NCBI RefSeq assembly: GCF_006345805.1
Contig: NC_042999.1
Location: 57,350,001 to 57,414,000, forward strand
Direction: 5' to 3'
Length of the DNA stretch: 64,000 bases
From: Octopus sinensis
Taxonomy: Eukaryota
Shown here: one piece after another, positions 14,895 to 29,278 of the stretch
How positions within the stretch are numbered: position 1 is the stretch's first letter
Layout of the letters: every line of letters starts with the position of its first letter
Notes under the pieces: model-generated
The model's database searches: none
Told to the model about the DNA's origin: nothing
Seen by the model: only the letters and a program-made list of their open reading frames with translations
Made by a program: the position numbers and the translations under genes

Positions 14895-16599
14895 TGATTG
14901 TTTAACCATCACAACTACGTTTCTGTGGTAAAGTGCTTGTATAATTTTTTTTTATTCTTATAATTTTATTTTCTCTGTCATTATATCTAAGTGTGTGTGT
15001 CTATATATCTTTGCATGTCTGTATACGGCCGTATATGTCTATATCTCGGTGTATTTGTATACAGCAGTGTGTATGTGTTCATGTGTGATAATACCTGCGT
15101 AGGCTCAGATGTGAATACACATATGTATGTATATAAACTTTTTTAACTCCGGCTTCCTTTCACTTATTAACATTTTATCAACGTCCTCAAGCTCTAAACC
15201 AGCAAAATTAGATACAGCACATATGAACCTACACATATATGTATACAAATTTTGACAGTGTATTTTAAATTTTACCTTCCTTTATAATTTACATGCGCAT
15301 ATGGTATAATTCAATTTTGTTTATTTGCTTATTCACATTTCGAAGTCTGATATTATTGTTAGTCCTGTCGTAGTCGTCGTCGTCGTAGTCTACGTTTCTG
15401 CTGCTGTTGTTGTTGTTCTGATTGTTTCTTGCAAGCAGTGTATCAGATTACACTTAATTTCTTTTTTATTAATATTTAAATATGAAGCAAGGACTAAAGA
15501 AAAATGAGCATATATATCTGTCGTCTTCTAATGTCCCCTATGTTTCCTGTGTCCGCATAAATTTTCTTTTGCTCTTCAGAGAGAGCATTGAGATATGTCA
15601 TTGATGATCATGATATTCATATTTGTGCGTGTGATTAAATGTCTTCTTTGGATGAACCAAAATTGTACTGCAACGTGGTCTATCTTCTGTATATCTCTAG
15701 GCATGTATTTAAGAATCTCAACTTATATTCCTTTCATGCTAGAGTTTTTACTGCATTTCGAGAACAGTCACTATTTTTTGTTGATATATAAAGTGACTGC
15801 CTCGTTTATTTTATTTATTTATTTATTTATTTGTCTGTTTCTGGTCGATTTATATATTAACCACTCATGGTATAAACAACTGATATATTATACTGATATA
15901 TTATCGTGTGGTTAATCATGTAACTGTCTTTCGTTCAGTGGCGGATGGCGAAGTAAACAGTGACCGAAACGGCTAGATGTCCCGTTAGTTGTATCATTAG
16001 ATGTATCGTTAGATGCCATTCCTGTTGTCCTTTCTTGTTTTTGTGTGAACCTGCATCAGTGCATAATCTCTGGTAGAAATTGTAAACGTGCGACAGATGA
16101 TTGGATAAGATAGATGATCAGATAAACTACCGATTCTGTGAGTCAAAAGTTCAAATTCTCTGTTCCATTGGCTTCCATTGTTTCTGGTCAGGAATAGTGA
16201 CAGGTATTCTCGTTTCTTTCAATGTTCTTGTCATTTTAGTTGTTTATATTCTGGTCTGTCCTGGTAGAGCATACCTATCTATAGTAAAACTTTTCCCAGC
16301 ATGACCAATCCCACTTTTCTCCAGACGTAGTGTACTCAGAATCACACTAATCAATCTGTCTTTCCGCTTTTAAGACAGCTGTATGTCAACTGAGAGAGGT
16401 GATTTTGCTGCTAAATCTTGCAGGTCATGTAACCACATAGAGACTCCGTACTTTGCTCGTCAATGGTTTCTTGTTTTATGTAGATAGAGAGTTATTGCCA
16501 TAAGAAGACAGCTAAACATGGTCCCTCAGAAGCATGAGACCAAATCTAAGCTCTAAACTCTAAAACCTCTAGATTTATAATGTAGTCGTTACTTTAAGC

Positions 16600-16967
16600 C
16601 AAGGGTTCTCAACCATTTTTTTTTTCATCTCTGGAGCCCTCTGATTACTATTTTATTCTCGTTGACCGCCATATCTATACGTTTAAAAACTAGCTTTATA
16701 GAAACGTATTTCAAAGTTCCTATAAAACTACTTTTATAGAAACTTTTTTCAAGGCTCCTATTTAGTTTTTTAAACATTAACTTGTGTAGTTTAAATTATG
16801 TAAAATACTAGGGAAAGAAACTTAGCTGTTTCTTGCAAATCATACCCATACATACATCTAAAGCAAAATTCTTTCAGAGGCCCTTAAAATACTGTTGTGG
16901 ATCCCCAATTAACTATTTTGCTATGTGGAACCCCCAAAACATTATATGGACTGGTTGAGAATCACTA
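16600..16967. mobile_element. hAT-like MITE
   Basis: CAAGGGTTCTCAACC...GGTTGAGAATCACTA with degenerate 8-bp TSD CTTTAAGC/CTTTAAAA. Confidence 0.7.
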
Positions 16968-17350
16968 CTTTAAAAAAACAAAGAAGCACTGAGGGAAGCA
17001 CCACAGCTTATCATATGGATAATTACACGAAAAACCAGTTGTTAAAATTGTCCCCGAACTAAATGTTTTGCTTTCTACAAGTCTATCTCCCTGCCTGTTA
17101 TATTTTCAGTAATATTACAAGCATTGAGTCTGCTCCCAAGGATAATATTCATGAAGAGTTACAGTTGATGGGTTTCTTAAAAGTATCCTACGTTTCAGAT
17201 ATTATAGCCCATTACTAGTGCCGTGGTACTTACTCTCTCTCTCTGGTTGGAAAGGTATCGTCAGGACATTTTCACCCAGAATATAATATCCATAAATTTT
17301 CTTTTTTATTTCACTTCACATAACTCTCTTTCCCCCAATCTCTCTCTCTC

Positions 17351-17430
17351 TGTTGGTTTTGCTGGCATGTAGATTAGTAGTCGTTTTCTTCCTTTGAAAG
17401 GAACCATACTTTCATCCTCTGAAAGTTCTC
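17351..17430 (-). pseudogene. piggyBac transposase relic
   Basis: ELSEDESMVPFKGRKRLLIYMPAKP matches the piggyBac first catalytic-Asp motif (DExMvpFkGr...YmpxKP). Confidence 0.7.
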
Positions 17431-17468
17431 TGTCTGTCTGTCTGTCTGTCTCTGTCTCTCTCTCTCTG

Positions 17469-17524
<56 letters not shown>

Positions 17525-19573
17525 CATACACACAACACACACACACGCACTCATGCACTCACGCGCACACACACGTACACGCGCGCGCGCCCACACACGC
17601 ATACGCGCGCGCGCACACACATACAAATTTAGTCACTCAGAGCTTGTTTACCACACAAAAGTTTAATATTTAGGGTACATGTGTTTACAAGCAATGGACC
17701 ATATCTTCTTTGTTATCACTGTCCTTCTTTCACACCTATATATATTTATGGTAGTTATATAATTTCCCCTTAGAAATTTCTAAAATCATTTGAGCCAAAT
17801 GTTTTTTTTTTCTTTCTTCTTTTTCAATACTCTACCGTTCTTTGAATATCCTCCCATCAACAAATAATAAGATTGATTTGAAGGACAAAAAATGTACTCT
17901 GTAACTTTTCCTTCTTTAGAGAAGATAACGAATTACTCCCTAATCATAAACTTCCATAAATCACTCTGAACATCAGATATCTGAATCTCACGAACCTAAG
18001 AAAAATGAGTTCTTTATTCCGAATGTCATCTGTACTGTCACTCCCGTTCTAATTAATTTTGAAATAGTTTGGCAGGCATTTTCACAGCTAGCCATTTCAG
18101 CTGTTCTGAATTTCAGGTATTCTCGATTCCTTCGGTAGTCTAATTATTCTAGTTGCTTATATCCTAGTCTGCTCTGAACTATACTAAGAGGTCTTGTGTA
18201 TATTTGCTTAAATTAACATTCATTTTAAATCATCGACATTGCCGTCTCCATTTGCAAAGCAAAAATGATATTGTATAATTTACAAGCCTCCTTCATGGCA
18301 CAATAATCTCACCAGCCTTGAAAAGAGTTATGGGCGCTACCCTTACCTCCTCAGGTTCAGCTATATAAAAAATATTGGTCCTATTGTTCTTGTTTGGCGC
18401 CAGCTGAAAAGATTATATTTACTTTGATATTATCAGTATTTCTTATTTCTTTACTGCCTACAAGGGGCTACACAGATTTTCTTAGATGCACTTTGCGTAT
18501 ATTTACAAATAACTGCAATATTAAGCGAATATATTGTTATAAATTAATTACAATGCGCCTTTAAATTTTTGTTTGGTTTTACTATTCCTTTCTCTTTTTT
18601 TTTTGTTGTTTTACTGTTGTGAGTCAATGAAAAGGGTCATGCTGGTGCATTGTCTTGAAAAATTTAATTAGTCGTATTAACCCCAGTACCTATAAAAATT
18701 TAGTAGTCATTGTACCGATCTCTATTTGTCGAACTGCTACGTTACAGAACATAAAGAAACACGACTTTAATACCAGTTTTAACTGCTGCAAACATAAGCA
18801 AAATCCCGCACGCACACGCGCGCACACACATACGCACGCACACACACACACACAACATTTTTAATGGATGGATCGATGGATGAATGAATGGATAGATGGA
18901 CAGATATGTGTATGAGTGCATGCATGTATTTATGCATGTATGTATTTCTGTAAGGAAACCTGTTTCTGCAACTGTTAGCTGAAAAAGTATCTGGAACAGT
19001 CATAGACAAAGTGCGGCCTTCGGAACTTCCTGAATGGTATGCCTAATGAAAATTTACTTGGATTTTTTTAGTAATACAGTCCACCTGATGATAAGCCATG
19101 TCGCATGCGTCAAGCTTCTCTTTAAAAAAAAGGTAGCTCATGCCTGATCTAGATGTCTATTGTGGTTTAACGTAGTGTAAATCTACACACTGACCATTTA
19201 TTTCATACAGAAATGGGACATACCTACGGACTAATCTCTAATTAGTTGTAGACCATTCTCAGTGAATAATTATCACGAGTAGACGAATGTTCTGTAATAT
19301 TGGTCTCAAATTTTGGCATAAGGCCAGCAATTTCGGGGTAGATGTTTAGTCGATTGCATTGACCCAGTGCTTGACTGGTACTTATTTTATCAACCCCGAA
19401 AGACCTCGACAGAATTTGAACTCAGAACATAAAGATGGCCGAAAAGTTGCTAAGCATTTTGCCAGCACACCACATTCAAGTGCCTCGTATTATTTATGTA
19501 TGATTTTCATAGTTACTCACAAACACATTTCTCGTTTATTGTAATTTATGCAATTATGCATTGGTTTCTCGTA

Positions 19574-20841
19574 TCAGGTTGAGTAAAAAGTAAGCAACGT
19601 TTTGAACTATGAGGAATTTGTACCGGATTTTTGCAGAGATTTAAATTTTTTAAAACATTTTTGCAGTTGTCTGATAATACAGACATAGACTTGCCCAAAT
19701 GCATCAATAAATTAACATTGATATTTTTTCACCGTTGTTACAATCATCTGAAATGGAACTGACAAAGCGTGATATTCGAACAATTTTGCTATTCAACTTC
19801 AAAAAAGGACGTAAAGCAACTGAAACTGCTCGCGATATCAACGAAACGTTTGGTGAGGAAATGACCAGTGAGTGACCAGTTCGAAAATGGTTTAAACGAT
19901 TTCACAGTGGGGACTTGGGCCTTGAAGATCGTGAGCGTAGCGGACGCCCATCTGTCACCGATAACGATCGATTAAAGACTGTCATTGAGAAAGATCCCCG
20001 TAAAACCACTCGAGAACTGGCAAAAGAACTTCAAGTTAGCCAGGGAACTGACTGCAACCATTTGCAGGCGATCGGAAAATCAAAAAAGCGTGACAAATTG
20101 GTACCACACGATTTGAATAAAAAGCAGAAAATGTGCAGATATAAAATTTGCACGTTGCTTCTTTTCCGTAACCAGACCGATCCATTTCTCGACCATACTG
20201 TGACTTGCAATGAAAACTGGATTCTGTTCAATAGTAAAAACCGTTCTTCGTAGTGGCTGGACGAAAATGAAGCACCGAAAAACTTCCCTAAACCCGTGCT
20301 CTTCAAAAAGAAGGTTATGGTGACTGTTTGGTGATGTACTAATGGACTCATCCACTAGAACTTCTTTAAACCCGGAAAAGCCATTATTGCAAAAACATAT
20401 TGCCATGAAATTGCCAAAATGAATGAGGAATTGCTACTCCTCCGTCCCAGACTGGTCAACCGAAGGAGCCAATCGTTCTTCATGACAATGCTCGACCACA
20501 CGTTTCACTAATGACGCTCCAGAGGTTGAGGGAACTTGGCTACAAAGTTCTTCCCCATCCAGCTTATTCCCCAGACCTTTCTCCGACCGACTACCACGTT
20601 TTCAAGCACGTTGATGGTTTCCTGCGAGAGAAGGGGTTCAAAAATCAAACCGATGCTGAAAGTGCGTTCATCAGCTCCAGAACTCCAGATTTTTATGCTA
20701 CCGGAATAAATAAACTTGTAACTCGTTCGCAAAAATGTGTTGATTATAATGGTACTTTGATGAATAAAATTTCCGCATTGTTGAAATACATTATGATGAA
20801 TTTCGTGCTTCAAAACGTTGCTTACTTCTCACTCAACCTGA
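19574..20841 (+). mobile_element. Full-length inactive mariner (about 1.27 kb)
   Basis: TIRs TCAGGTTGAGTAAAAAGTAAGCAACGTTTTG / CAAAACGTTGCTTACTTCTCACTCAACCTGA with TA TSD. ATG at 19753; RSGRP, LVPHDL, HDNARPH and YSPDLSPTDYHVF motifs; several stops and frameshifts. Confidence 0.95.
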
Positions 20842-21065
20842 TACAAATGCAAGACAATAAACCTTTATAGTTATAGTCGAAGACATCGACGCATAAATTC
20901 ACAGTTACTTTATTTTATTGACTACGAATAAACGAAATGTAGGTGAACCCCAGTGGGATTTAAACTCAAAACCTAAACAAACGTAACTTAATACTGCATA
21001 GCATGTAATCCACTATTGCACATATTTTACAATTCCATCGCTTTTTATTATTCATTTAGCTTAAA

Positions 21066-21508
21066 GGCAGCGAGCTGGCAGAATAGTTACTGCGCCAAGC
21101 AAAATGCTTAGCGGCGTTTCGTCCGTCATTACGTTCTGAGTTCAAATTCCGCCGAGGTCAATTTTGCCTTTTATTTTTTCGAGATCGATAAAATAAGTAC
21201 CAGTTGAGCACTGGGGTTGATGTAATCCACTTACCCTTCACCCGAAATTGCTGGCCTTGTGTCAAAATTTGAAATCACTACTCATTTAACTTAAGGTAGG
21301 TACCTGGCAGACTCATTAACACGTCGGATAAAAATGCCTTCAGGCATTTCTTCTGACTCATTACATTCTGAGTTCAAATACCGCCGACGTTGACTTTGCC
21401 TTTCAGCTTTTAGAGATCGATGAAATAAATGCCAATTGAGCAGTAAGGTCGAGATACTCGATTAATCCCCTCCCTTTAACATTGCTTGCCTCGTTCCAAA
21501 ATTAGAAA
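21066..21508 (+). mobile_element. Two tandem SINE family B copies
   Basis: Heads at 21066 and about 21295, each with a GAGTTCAAAT(T/A)CCGCCGA B-box region. Confidence 0.75.
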
Positions 21509-21905
21509 GAATTATTCAAATAGATATAACAAAACGCCCATCTATCAAAATTTAGATTTCCTGTCACTCGCTGAAAGAAGCAACAATCTGTCACCCTACA
21601 AAACGTAAAACATTATTTACATTCAGATCAAGATCTTCAAGTTCTTAAAAAATATCGAATGAAGGAAAGAAAATGCTGTTGAAAGAAGGAAAAAAGCTAT
21701 CCAATAATAATGGTGATTGAATTACAACAGGAAGTTCCGATTTCTACAGAGAATTCTTTTTCGATTTTCTTGCAAACGAAAGAAAATGTTTGCAAGTAAT
21801 CCATCGTTAATTCACCTGATTTGCATACATTCATACATACATATATACATGCATGTATATTTTCAACATATATGTATCATTGTGTACACACACACACGCA
21901 CACAT

Positions 21906-22013
<108 letters not shown>

Positions 22014-22306
22014 GATATATATATAATGTATGTATGTGTATATATGTGTGTGTTCGTGTGTGTGTATGTGTGTAAATATATATATATATGTAATAGTTGA
22101 AACCTGGCAAGCATACTGTTCAAATAATTAAAGGATGATTAGTTATACTTCAGTCGATTATCAAAAGTGCACTTCGTACGGTTCGGCGAACGAATGCCAT
22201 TTATTTCATATTACAAATAAAGTAAAGCAATCCATGGAATAATATTTGCGTTCACTCATATTTTCAGGCATTTTAATTTAAATCACAATCAGCTAAAATT
22301 GATATG

Positions 22307-22338
<32 letters not shown>

Positions 22339-22380
22339 TGTATGTATGTATGTATGTATGTATGTATGTATGTATGTATG

Positions 22381-22432
<52 letters not shown>

Positions 22433-22434
22433 AT

Positions 22435-22909
22435 TTACAGGGAAAAAATCAGATTTAGGATTAAATCCAATTTTATAGTAAAATATTATATAATATTAAT
22501 TCGAGACAAAACCACTATTTTGCAAAACAAACAAGGAAAGACTTAATCAATACATAAACATTTTTAATATAAAGAAATAAACCGCCACTACAATCGTTTC
22601 ATGTCTTCAATGACATTCGTCAGGTGGATTTTCGATCTAAAATATCAATATATTAAAATATAAGTTTAAAATAATAAAATTATCAATGAAAAATATAAAT
22701 ATATATAATCTATATATAATCTATATATAATCTATATATAATCAATATATAATCTAAAATAAACCCTATAAACAATTGAATATAAAGAAACCTATTATTA
22801 AAGTTCTCATATTTAAAGATGTACAAAAAACAAAAAACAAAAAACAAAAAACAAAAAACAAAAACAAAAAACAAAAAACAAAAAACAAAACATATATATA
22901 TGTGTGTGT

Positions 22910-22942
<33 letters not shown>

Positions 22943-23990
22943 ATAGGTGAGAGAGTCGGTATGTGAAAGCACATGATTGGATGTATAAAAGACAAAATAG
23001 AGTGAAAAAAACTGCAGAAGCCTTGTGTTATATGGCTAAAGAATATATTTAAATCGTTATGTTAGGAAAATGTTATGAAATTTTGCGTAATGTAATATTG
23101 TTTTTGGAGAAATAACCGGTTTCGTGCTTTCTTTTCAAATTTCTCAAATTTCTTTACCGATATTCTGTCAACTCTTTGCTATGAAGTAAAGTATGAGAGT
23201 TCTAGACTGGGGAAGGTAATCAAGGATTTTTTCGGTATAAAGGAGTTAATAAAAAATGTTGGGAATGACTAGGTTTTATTAATTTAATATGATTTGGTTT
23301 ATAAAGAATAGAATGTTAGAAGTGGTTAAGTTTTGCTTTACATTTTTTCAATGAGGTAAGTTTCCTTATTTAAAATTGCTAGAAATGGTTAAGTTTTGGC
23401 TTATATTTTTCAATGAAGTAGGTTTACTTATTTAATCTAACTTGTGTTAGTGTTCCAATGGCACATTGATAAAATGGAAAGATTTCAAATCGTGGTAGCA
23501 GTTGCTTTGCGCATTTCTCAATGTGTTCACTAAAGGGTATCATTCTGTATTCTGGGAATGCAATCTGCTGTCGGTGCAGAATGCATCTGCGTCTGAGGGA
23601 TAATCCCGTAGACCCTATGTAGTTTTGGTGGCAGCCCAAGCATCTTATAACATAAACCAGGTTTTCTGAGGCACAAGTAAAGTCAGATTTGATTTTTGGA
23701 AATTACAAAGAGGGATAAAAATTCAAAATCAAATCTGACTTTACTCTCATACAAGCAACATGTACTTAAAACGCCTTAAGAAAATACGAAAATGCAATAT
23801 TTTCAACAATTTTAATATCATGATTAGCGAAACGCAAGGTCCGTAGATTATCATAATATTCTGTCCTTTAAAATATATTAAATATATATAAACTGTGTGC
23901 ATTTTCTTTCTCTTGAAATATATATAATATATATTTTTTTCACTAGAACTCACCAAGTAGGGGAAAATCTCTTCAACGAAATTATTTTTA
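22435..23990 (-). mobile_element. 5'-truncated Penelope-like element (Neptune-like GIY-YIG, 3' UTR, pLTR)
   Basis: Minus strand 23330-23700 encodes CASENLVYVIRCLGCHQNYIGSTGLSLRRRCILH (GIY-YIG with CxxC). A hammerhead lies downstream and the element ends in (TA)n. The outer bounds are approximate. Confidence 0.8.
22585..22627 (-). ncRNA. Type I hammerhead ribozyme
   Basis: CCAC-CTGACGA-ATGTC-attgaa-GACAT-GAAA-CGATTG-TA-GTGG: intact core, 4-bp stem I, 5-bp stem II, minimal near-palindromic stem III, GUA cleavage site. Confidence 0.88.
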
Positions 23991-24017
23991 CTCTCTCTCT
24001 TTCTCTCTCTCCCCCCC

Positions 24018-24088
<71 letters not shown>

Positions 24089-24094
24089 TGTGTG

Positions 24095-24389
24095 TGGAGG
24101 CGCAATGGCCCAGTGGTTAGGATCGCGGTTTCGATTCCCAGACCGGGCGTTGTGAGTGTTTATTGAGCGAAAACACCTAAAAAGCTCCACAAGGCTCCGG
24201 CAGGGTATGGTGATCACTGCTGTACTCTTTCACCACTCTTTCTCCCCCTCTTTCTTCTGTTGGCCTGCTCGCTTAGCCAGCGGGGTGGCGTCATTAGAAG
24301 GCTTAAACAATGCGAACGCATTATGACCAGCGATGTACATACATACATCACGTGATCACGTGACCACGTGACCGACCAGACCATCAGAT

Positions 24390-24392
<3 letters not shown>
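24095..24392 (+). mobile_element. tRNA-derived SINE, family C-like
   Basis: TGGAGGCGCAATGGCCCAGTGGTTAGG...GGTTTCGATTCCC (A and B boxes). Confidence 0.7.
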
Positions 24393-24451
<59 letters not shown>

Positions 24452-24455
<4 letters not shown>

Positions 24456-25145
24456 TAACAACATCGCCTCGTCTGACGTGCATATCACCAAGATGGTAGC
24501 GATGTGCAGGCGAATGGTCGGATGGATTCTGAGGACCTCCAGAATAAGGTACTGGAAAACTATGCTGGTTCTATATATCAGTACTGCTCTCAACTGTGGT
24601 CACTCCACAGTGTCAAATTAATAGCGGAACTTGAGACAATTCAGCAGTACTACACCATGAAGATTGCATCAATGGAACATCTGAGCTACTGAGAGAGAGA
24701 CTTAAAGAGTTACGACTCTCCTCTCCTTGAGCGAAGACGGGAGAAAAATGCAGTGATATACGTATGGAAGATCCTGAAGGGATTGAGACCTGCACGATGT
24801 CACTGCACGGTTCCAAAGGTCCTACCCATCCTATTTAATGTGAGGCCCAGATACTACAATAGCTTGAGATACACGGGCCCATGGCTACTTAATACCTTGA
24901 AAAAATATCCCAAGGAACTGCATGGAGTGGTGGAGTATGTTTTCAAGAAACAACTTGACCTCTGTTGTCCAAGGTACCAGATGAGCCTACATCACGGCAA
25001 GAACTCGAAAGAGGGCTGTAGTATCGAACTCCCTTCTTCACCAAAAGCCAGTCACATAAGAATGACCACTGTAAAGGTGCTACTACAGACGGTGCCTCGG
25101 CATGACCACAACCTTTGGGCTGAAATGCATAAAAGAATAAAAGAA
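24452..25145 (+). mobile_element. Degraded CR1-type LINE 3' fragment
   Basis: QYCSQLWS, LETIQQYYT, a degenerate LxSLERRRE, IYVWKILKG and FKKQLD motifs. Confidence 0.75.
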
Positions 25146-26406
25146 TATATGTATGTATATATGTATGAATGCATGTATAAATGCATGTATGTGTGTGTAC
25201 GTATGTATCATCTATCTTTTACTTGCTTCAGTCATTGGAATGCGGCGATGCTGGATTGCTGCCTTATAGGGCTTTAGTTTACCAAATTTACTCCAATACT
25301 CCTGACACATTCCATCGGTTTTTTGGGGCCGAACCTGTAAATTACGGGATTCAGCAAACAAACCAGCAGCGGTTGTCAAGCATTGGTGGGGATGTGTGAA
25401 AAAGACATACACAAAGACACACACGCATATGCATACATGTGTGTGTGTGCGCGCGCTCGCGCGCACGTGCGTGTGTCTGGTTTGTATGTATGTGTGTATT
25501 CATTACTGGCTTGCATGTGCGCATAATTGCATGCACAAATACACATACACATACTATGCATATTGATATGTGTGTGTGTGTGCGTGTGTGCGTGTGTATG
25601 TGTATACATGCATGTATGTAAGTATGTATGGTATATAAGCACATATCTGCCTGTTGGTAAGCATTATGTATGTATGTATGTATGTATGTATGTATAAATG
25701 CATGTATGAATGTATGTATGTATGCATGTATGTATGCATGTATGTATGCATGTATGTATGCATGCATGTATTGTATGTATGAATGTATGTATGTATACAT
25801 GCATGGATGAATGTATGAATGTATGTATGAATGTATGTATGTATGTATGTATGAATGCATGTATGTATGCATGCATGCATGTATGTATGTATGTATGTTT
25901 GCACGCATGCATGAATCTATATACTATGTGGAAGTAGATAGGAGACTAGTATCTATGAAGTCGACCCATCTCCGAAACAGAAATCAATCCTTCGCTGAAT
26001 GAAATCATTCGCTGCCATTGAATTTGTACTTAAGATCTTTATGATATTGCTTTGAAGGAATTTTCATTATTTCTTTTGCAGCATCCTTGTGAAAAGGATG
26101 GGAATTATAATTAGAAAGAAGATATTGAAATATTTCCGGCTAAATCTTTCTTAGGGGTATAATGACCGAAGGAAATTACTCAGAGTAGCTATCTGCACTA
26201 AAATTAACAGTCAAGTTATGATCGTATTTTATGTTGTAACGTGCAGGGTGGGGTGGGTAGCTGGAATCTAATTAATTACATACTCGGCTGAGAAGGGAAA
26301 ATTATTCATTGATTAGATAATAAATAATAATGTTAAATTAATTTTTTTTTCGTGGTATGAAGTATGATGGTACTAACATCACTCTGTGTTATAGATTGAA
26401 ATTATA

Positions 26407-26972
26407 TTGGGTTGTCCGGAAAGTTTGTGCCAATTTTTAAAGGAAAGAAAAAGGTCAATAAATACTTGCCATTATATTTTTAATCAACCAAATATGAACC
26501 ATTTTGTTTCACAATGCGTCTCCATCTTTCCTTTAACTTGAAAATACCCTCTTCCCAAAATTGAGGTGGTTTCATGGCAAAGAATTCGTCAAGGTATCTT
26601 TTTATGTCATCCAAGGAATTGAAATTTTTACCATTAAGACTATTCTGCAGAGACCTGAATAAGTGGAAATCCGAAGGAGTAATATCTGGTGAAAATGGAG
26701 AGTGGGGTAACACAACCCAGCCGAGCTGCAGCAATTTTTGTCTGGTTCCCAAAGCATCGAGTGCCGAAAATGAACTTTCTTATCTTCCATTTTAAAGGGT
26801 TACAGAATTAACACAGGTTATAGGAACATAAATCTTCTTCCATGAAAAGATAGCTTAAATTGTGCTCTAAATGGAGGTGTAGTCAAATCCTATTTTATGG
26901 ACTCAACAATGTTCTAAAATAAGTCGAAAGGTAAGCTACTATAAATCGGCACGAACTTTCCGGACAACCCAA
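26407..26972 (-). mobile_element. Internally deleted mariner (same family as 14120-14894)
   Basis: Both TIRs TTGGGTTGTCCGGAAAGTT with TA TSD. Retains only the transposase start and C-terminus (FSPDITPSDFHLF). Confidence 0.93.
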
Positions 26973-27794
26973 TAATTTCATTTGAGTTTTGAAGTTAATC
27001 TGTCGGCCTCTATATGCGTGCGTGTGTGTATGTGTGTATACATACATACATACATACATACATACATACATACATACATACATCATTTAACGTCCGTTGT
27101 TCATGTTAGCATGGGTTAGACAGTTTGACCAGAGCTGGCAAGCTGGAGAGCTGCATCATACTCAAATCTGATTTAGCACGGAGTTTTGAAGTTTTGATAT
27201 ATACATATATTAATATTATTATCAAAAACAGTTCAGGCCCAGATTTCTGAATCGGTAATCTGTACCTGAGCGAGGTAGATTTCCGTTAGAAACTTGCAAA
27301 TCTTTAAGTCGCATGGAGCCGAATCAAACTGTTTTAAACAATGATATAACTCCTACTAAATGCATTGAGTGGCATTTTCTTTTGTTTGTTCACTCGTTCA
27401 TTTATTTGTTAATACACATACATACACGCACGCACACACACATACACACACATACACACACACACACCACACACCACACACACACACACACATACACAGA
27501 TACACGGACGCAGATACCCACACATTCACACAGAGACAATCACATATATGTATGTATATATCACTTTAATTTTTTATTAATGTGGTGAAGTGAGAGAAGT
27601 GGCACATGGTCAACCAAAATGATTTACGGTAGAGTAATGGCTCTCAGTTTTCGAGTTCAACGAGGTTGACTATACTCTCCATCGTTTTGTATTTATTTAT
27701 TTTATAGTTATATCTAGCATCACCAGCATCAACAGTGGCTGCATTTACACCCGCACAAACACCAATAACAATACATAACCTATATAATCAGCTA

Positions 27795-28044
27795 GGTGGA
27801 GGCGCGTGGCTTTGTGGTTAGGGTGTCAGCATCATGATCGTAAAATTGTGGTTTCGATTCCTGGACCGGGCGCCGCGTTGTGTTCTTGAGCAAAACACTT
27901 CATTTCACGTTGCTCCAGTCCACTCAGCTGGCAAAAATGAGTAACTCTGCGATGCTCTGGCATCCCGTCCAGTTGGGGAACACATACGCCATAGAAACCG
28001 GGAAACCGGGCCCATGAGCCTGGCTAGGCTTTAAAAGGACGCAT
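27795..28044 (+). mobile_element. tRNA-derived SINE family C with TSD
   Basis: A and B boxes; exact 14-bp TSD TATATAATCAGCTA at 27781-27794 and 28045-28058. Confidence 0.85.
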
Positions 28045-28061
28045 TATATAATCAGCTACAC

Positions 28062-28650
28062 CTGTGGTTCTCAACCAGGTTTTGTCTATGGGCCCCTTTG
28101 ATTCCTGTTTTACTTGTTTGGACCCTCATAGCCATCCAATGAATATATAAAAAATCCTGCTGTATTTTTATAAAAGAATGAACATATTTTGTGTATTGCT
28201 GAAGTATAAACAATTTGTTGCACATGAATTTTAACAATATCTTGTATAGGCGCAGGAGTGGTTGTGTGGTAAGTAGCTTGCTTACCAACCACCGTGGCTC
28301 CGAGTTCAGTCCCACTGCATGGCACCTTGGGCAAGTATCTTCTACTATAGCCTCGGGCCGACCAAGGTCTTGTGGGTGGATTTGGTAGATGGAAACTGAA
28401 AGAAGCCTGTCATATATATGTGTGTCTGTATGTCTGTGTTGCCCCCCCCCATCACTTCACAACCAATATTGGCGTATTCAGGTCCCTGTAACTTAGCGGT
28501 TCGGCAAAACAGACTGATGGAATAAGTCCTGGGGTTGATTTGTTCGACTAAAGGCGGTGCTCCGGCATGGCCGCAGTCAAATGACTGAAACAAATAAAAG
28601 AATAAAAGAACCCCCCAAGGGCCATATGGACCCCGGTGGAGAACCGCTGA
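28062..28650. mobile_element. hAT-like MITE containing a SINE A insertion (28249-28610, +)
   Basis: CTGTGGTTCTCAACC...GGTGGAGAACCGCTG ends, with a complete SINE A inside. Confidence 0.75.
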
Positions 28651-29210
28651 TTTACTCCAACACCTATACTGGCTCTATGTGGTCACACGACCTGCTAGTA
28701 ATAGCAGTGAAATTCCTTTACATCATGCTTTACCATCTTCAAAAAAAAAAAAAAAAGAAGGAAAAGAAGGATTAGATATTATAATCATTAATACAAAAGA
28801 AAATAAAAAGACAGGTTAATTGCGAGTGGAATGTCTTTCATCATAGATCTATTAAATCAATGTTGATCTGGCACTAAACGTATTTTACCAGCAGTTTTTT
28901 TTTTTTGTTCCACTTTTGTTCTTTGTTTTTTCTTTTTCCTATTTACTTTGTCTTGTTTAAGCTACTTTCACTTAGGTAGTCACTTATTTACTAAACATGG
29001 AGTGGCGGCTGAAAGAATTCGGAATATATGGGTATTGTGATGTTCATGTCTTTCCCAAGTGCATAATCAGTGATAAGTGAATTCTTCTGCCAAAACTGTG
29101 ATGGAAACCCATTTTCTTTCCCTTCTTATACTGTTTGTTCCCTGACAGCTGTCTTGTTCAGTGCATTTACAGTATATTGCATTAATATATATTGAGACGA
29201 AGACAAACAT

Positions 29211-29278
<68 letters not shown>

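Noticed and set aside
15940-15985. Hammerhead (CCGAAACGGCTAG)
   Set aside because: The CUGANGA core and stems are not recognisable.
27797-27870. tRNA genes (also at other SINE heads)
   Set aside because: The A and B boxes continue into SINE bodies with tails and TSDs.
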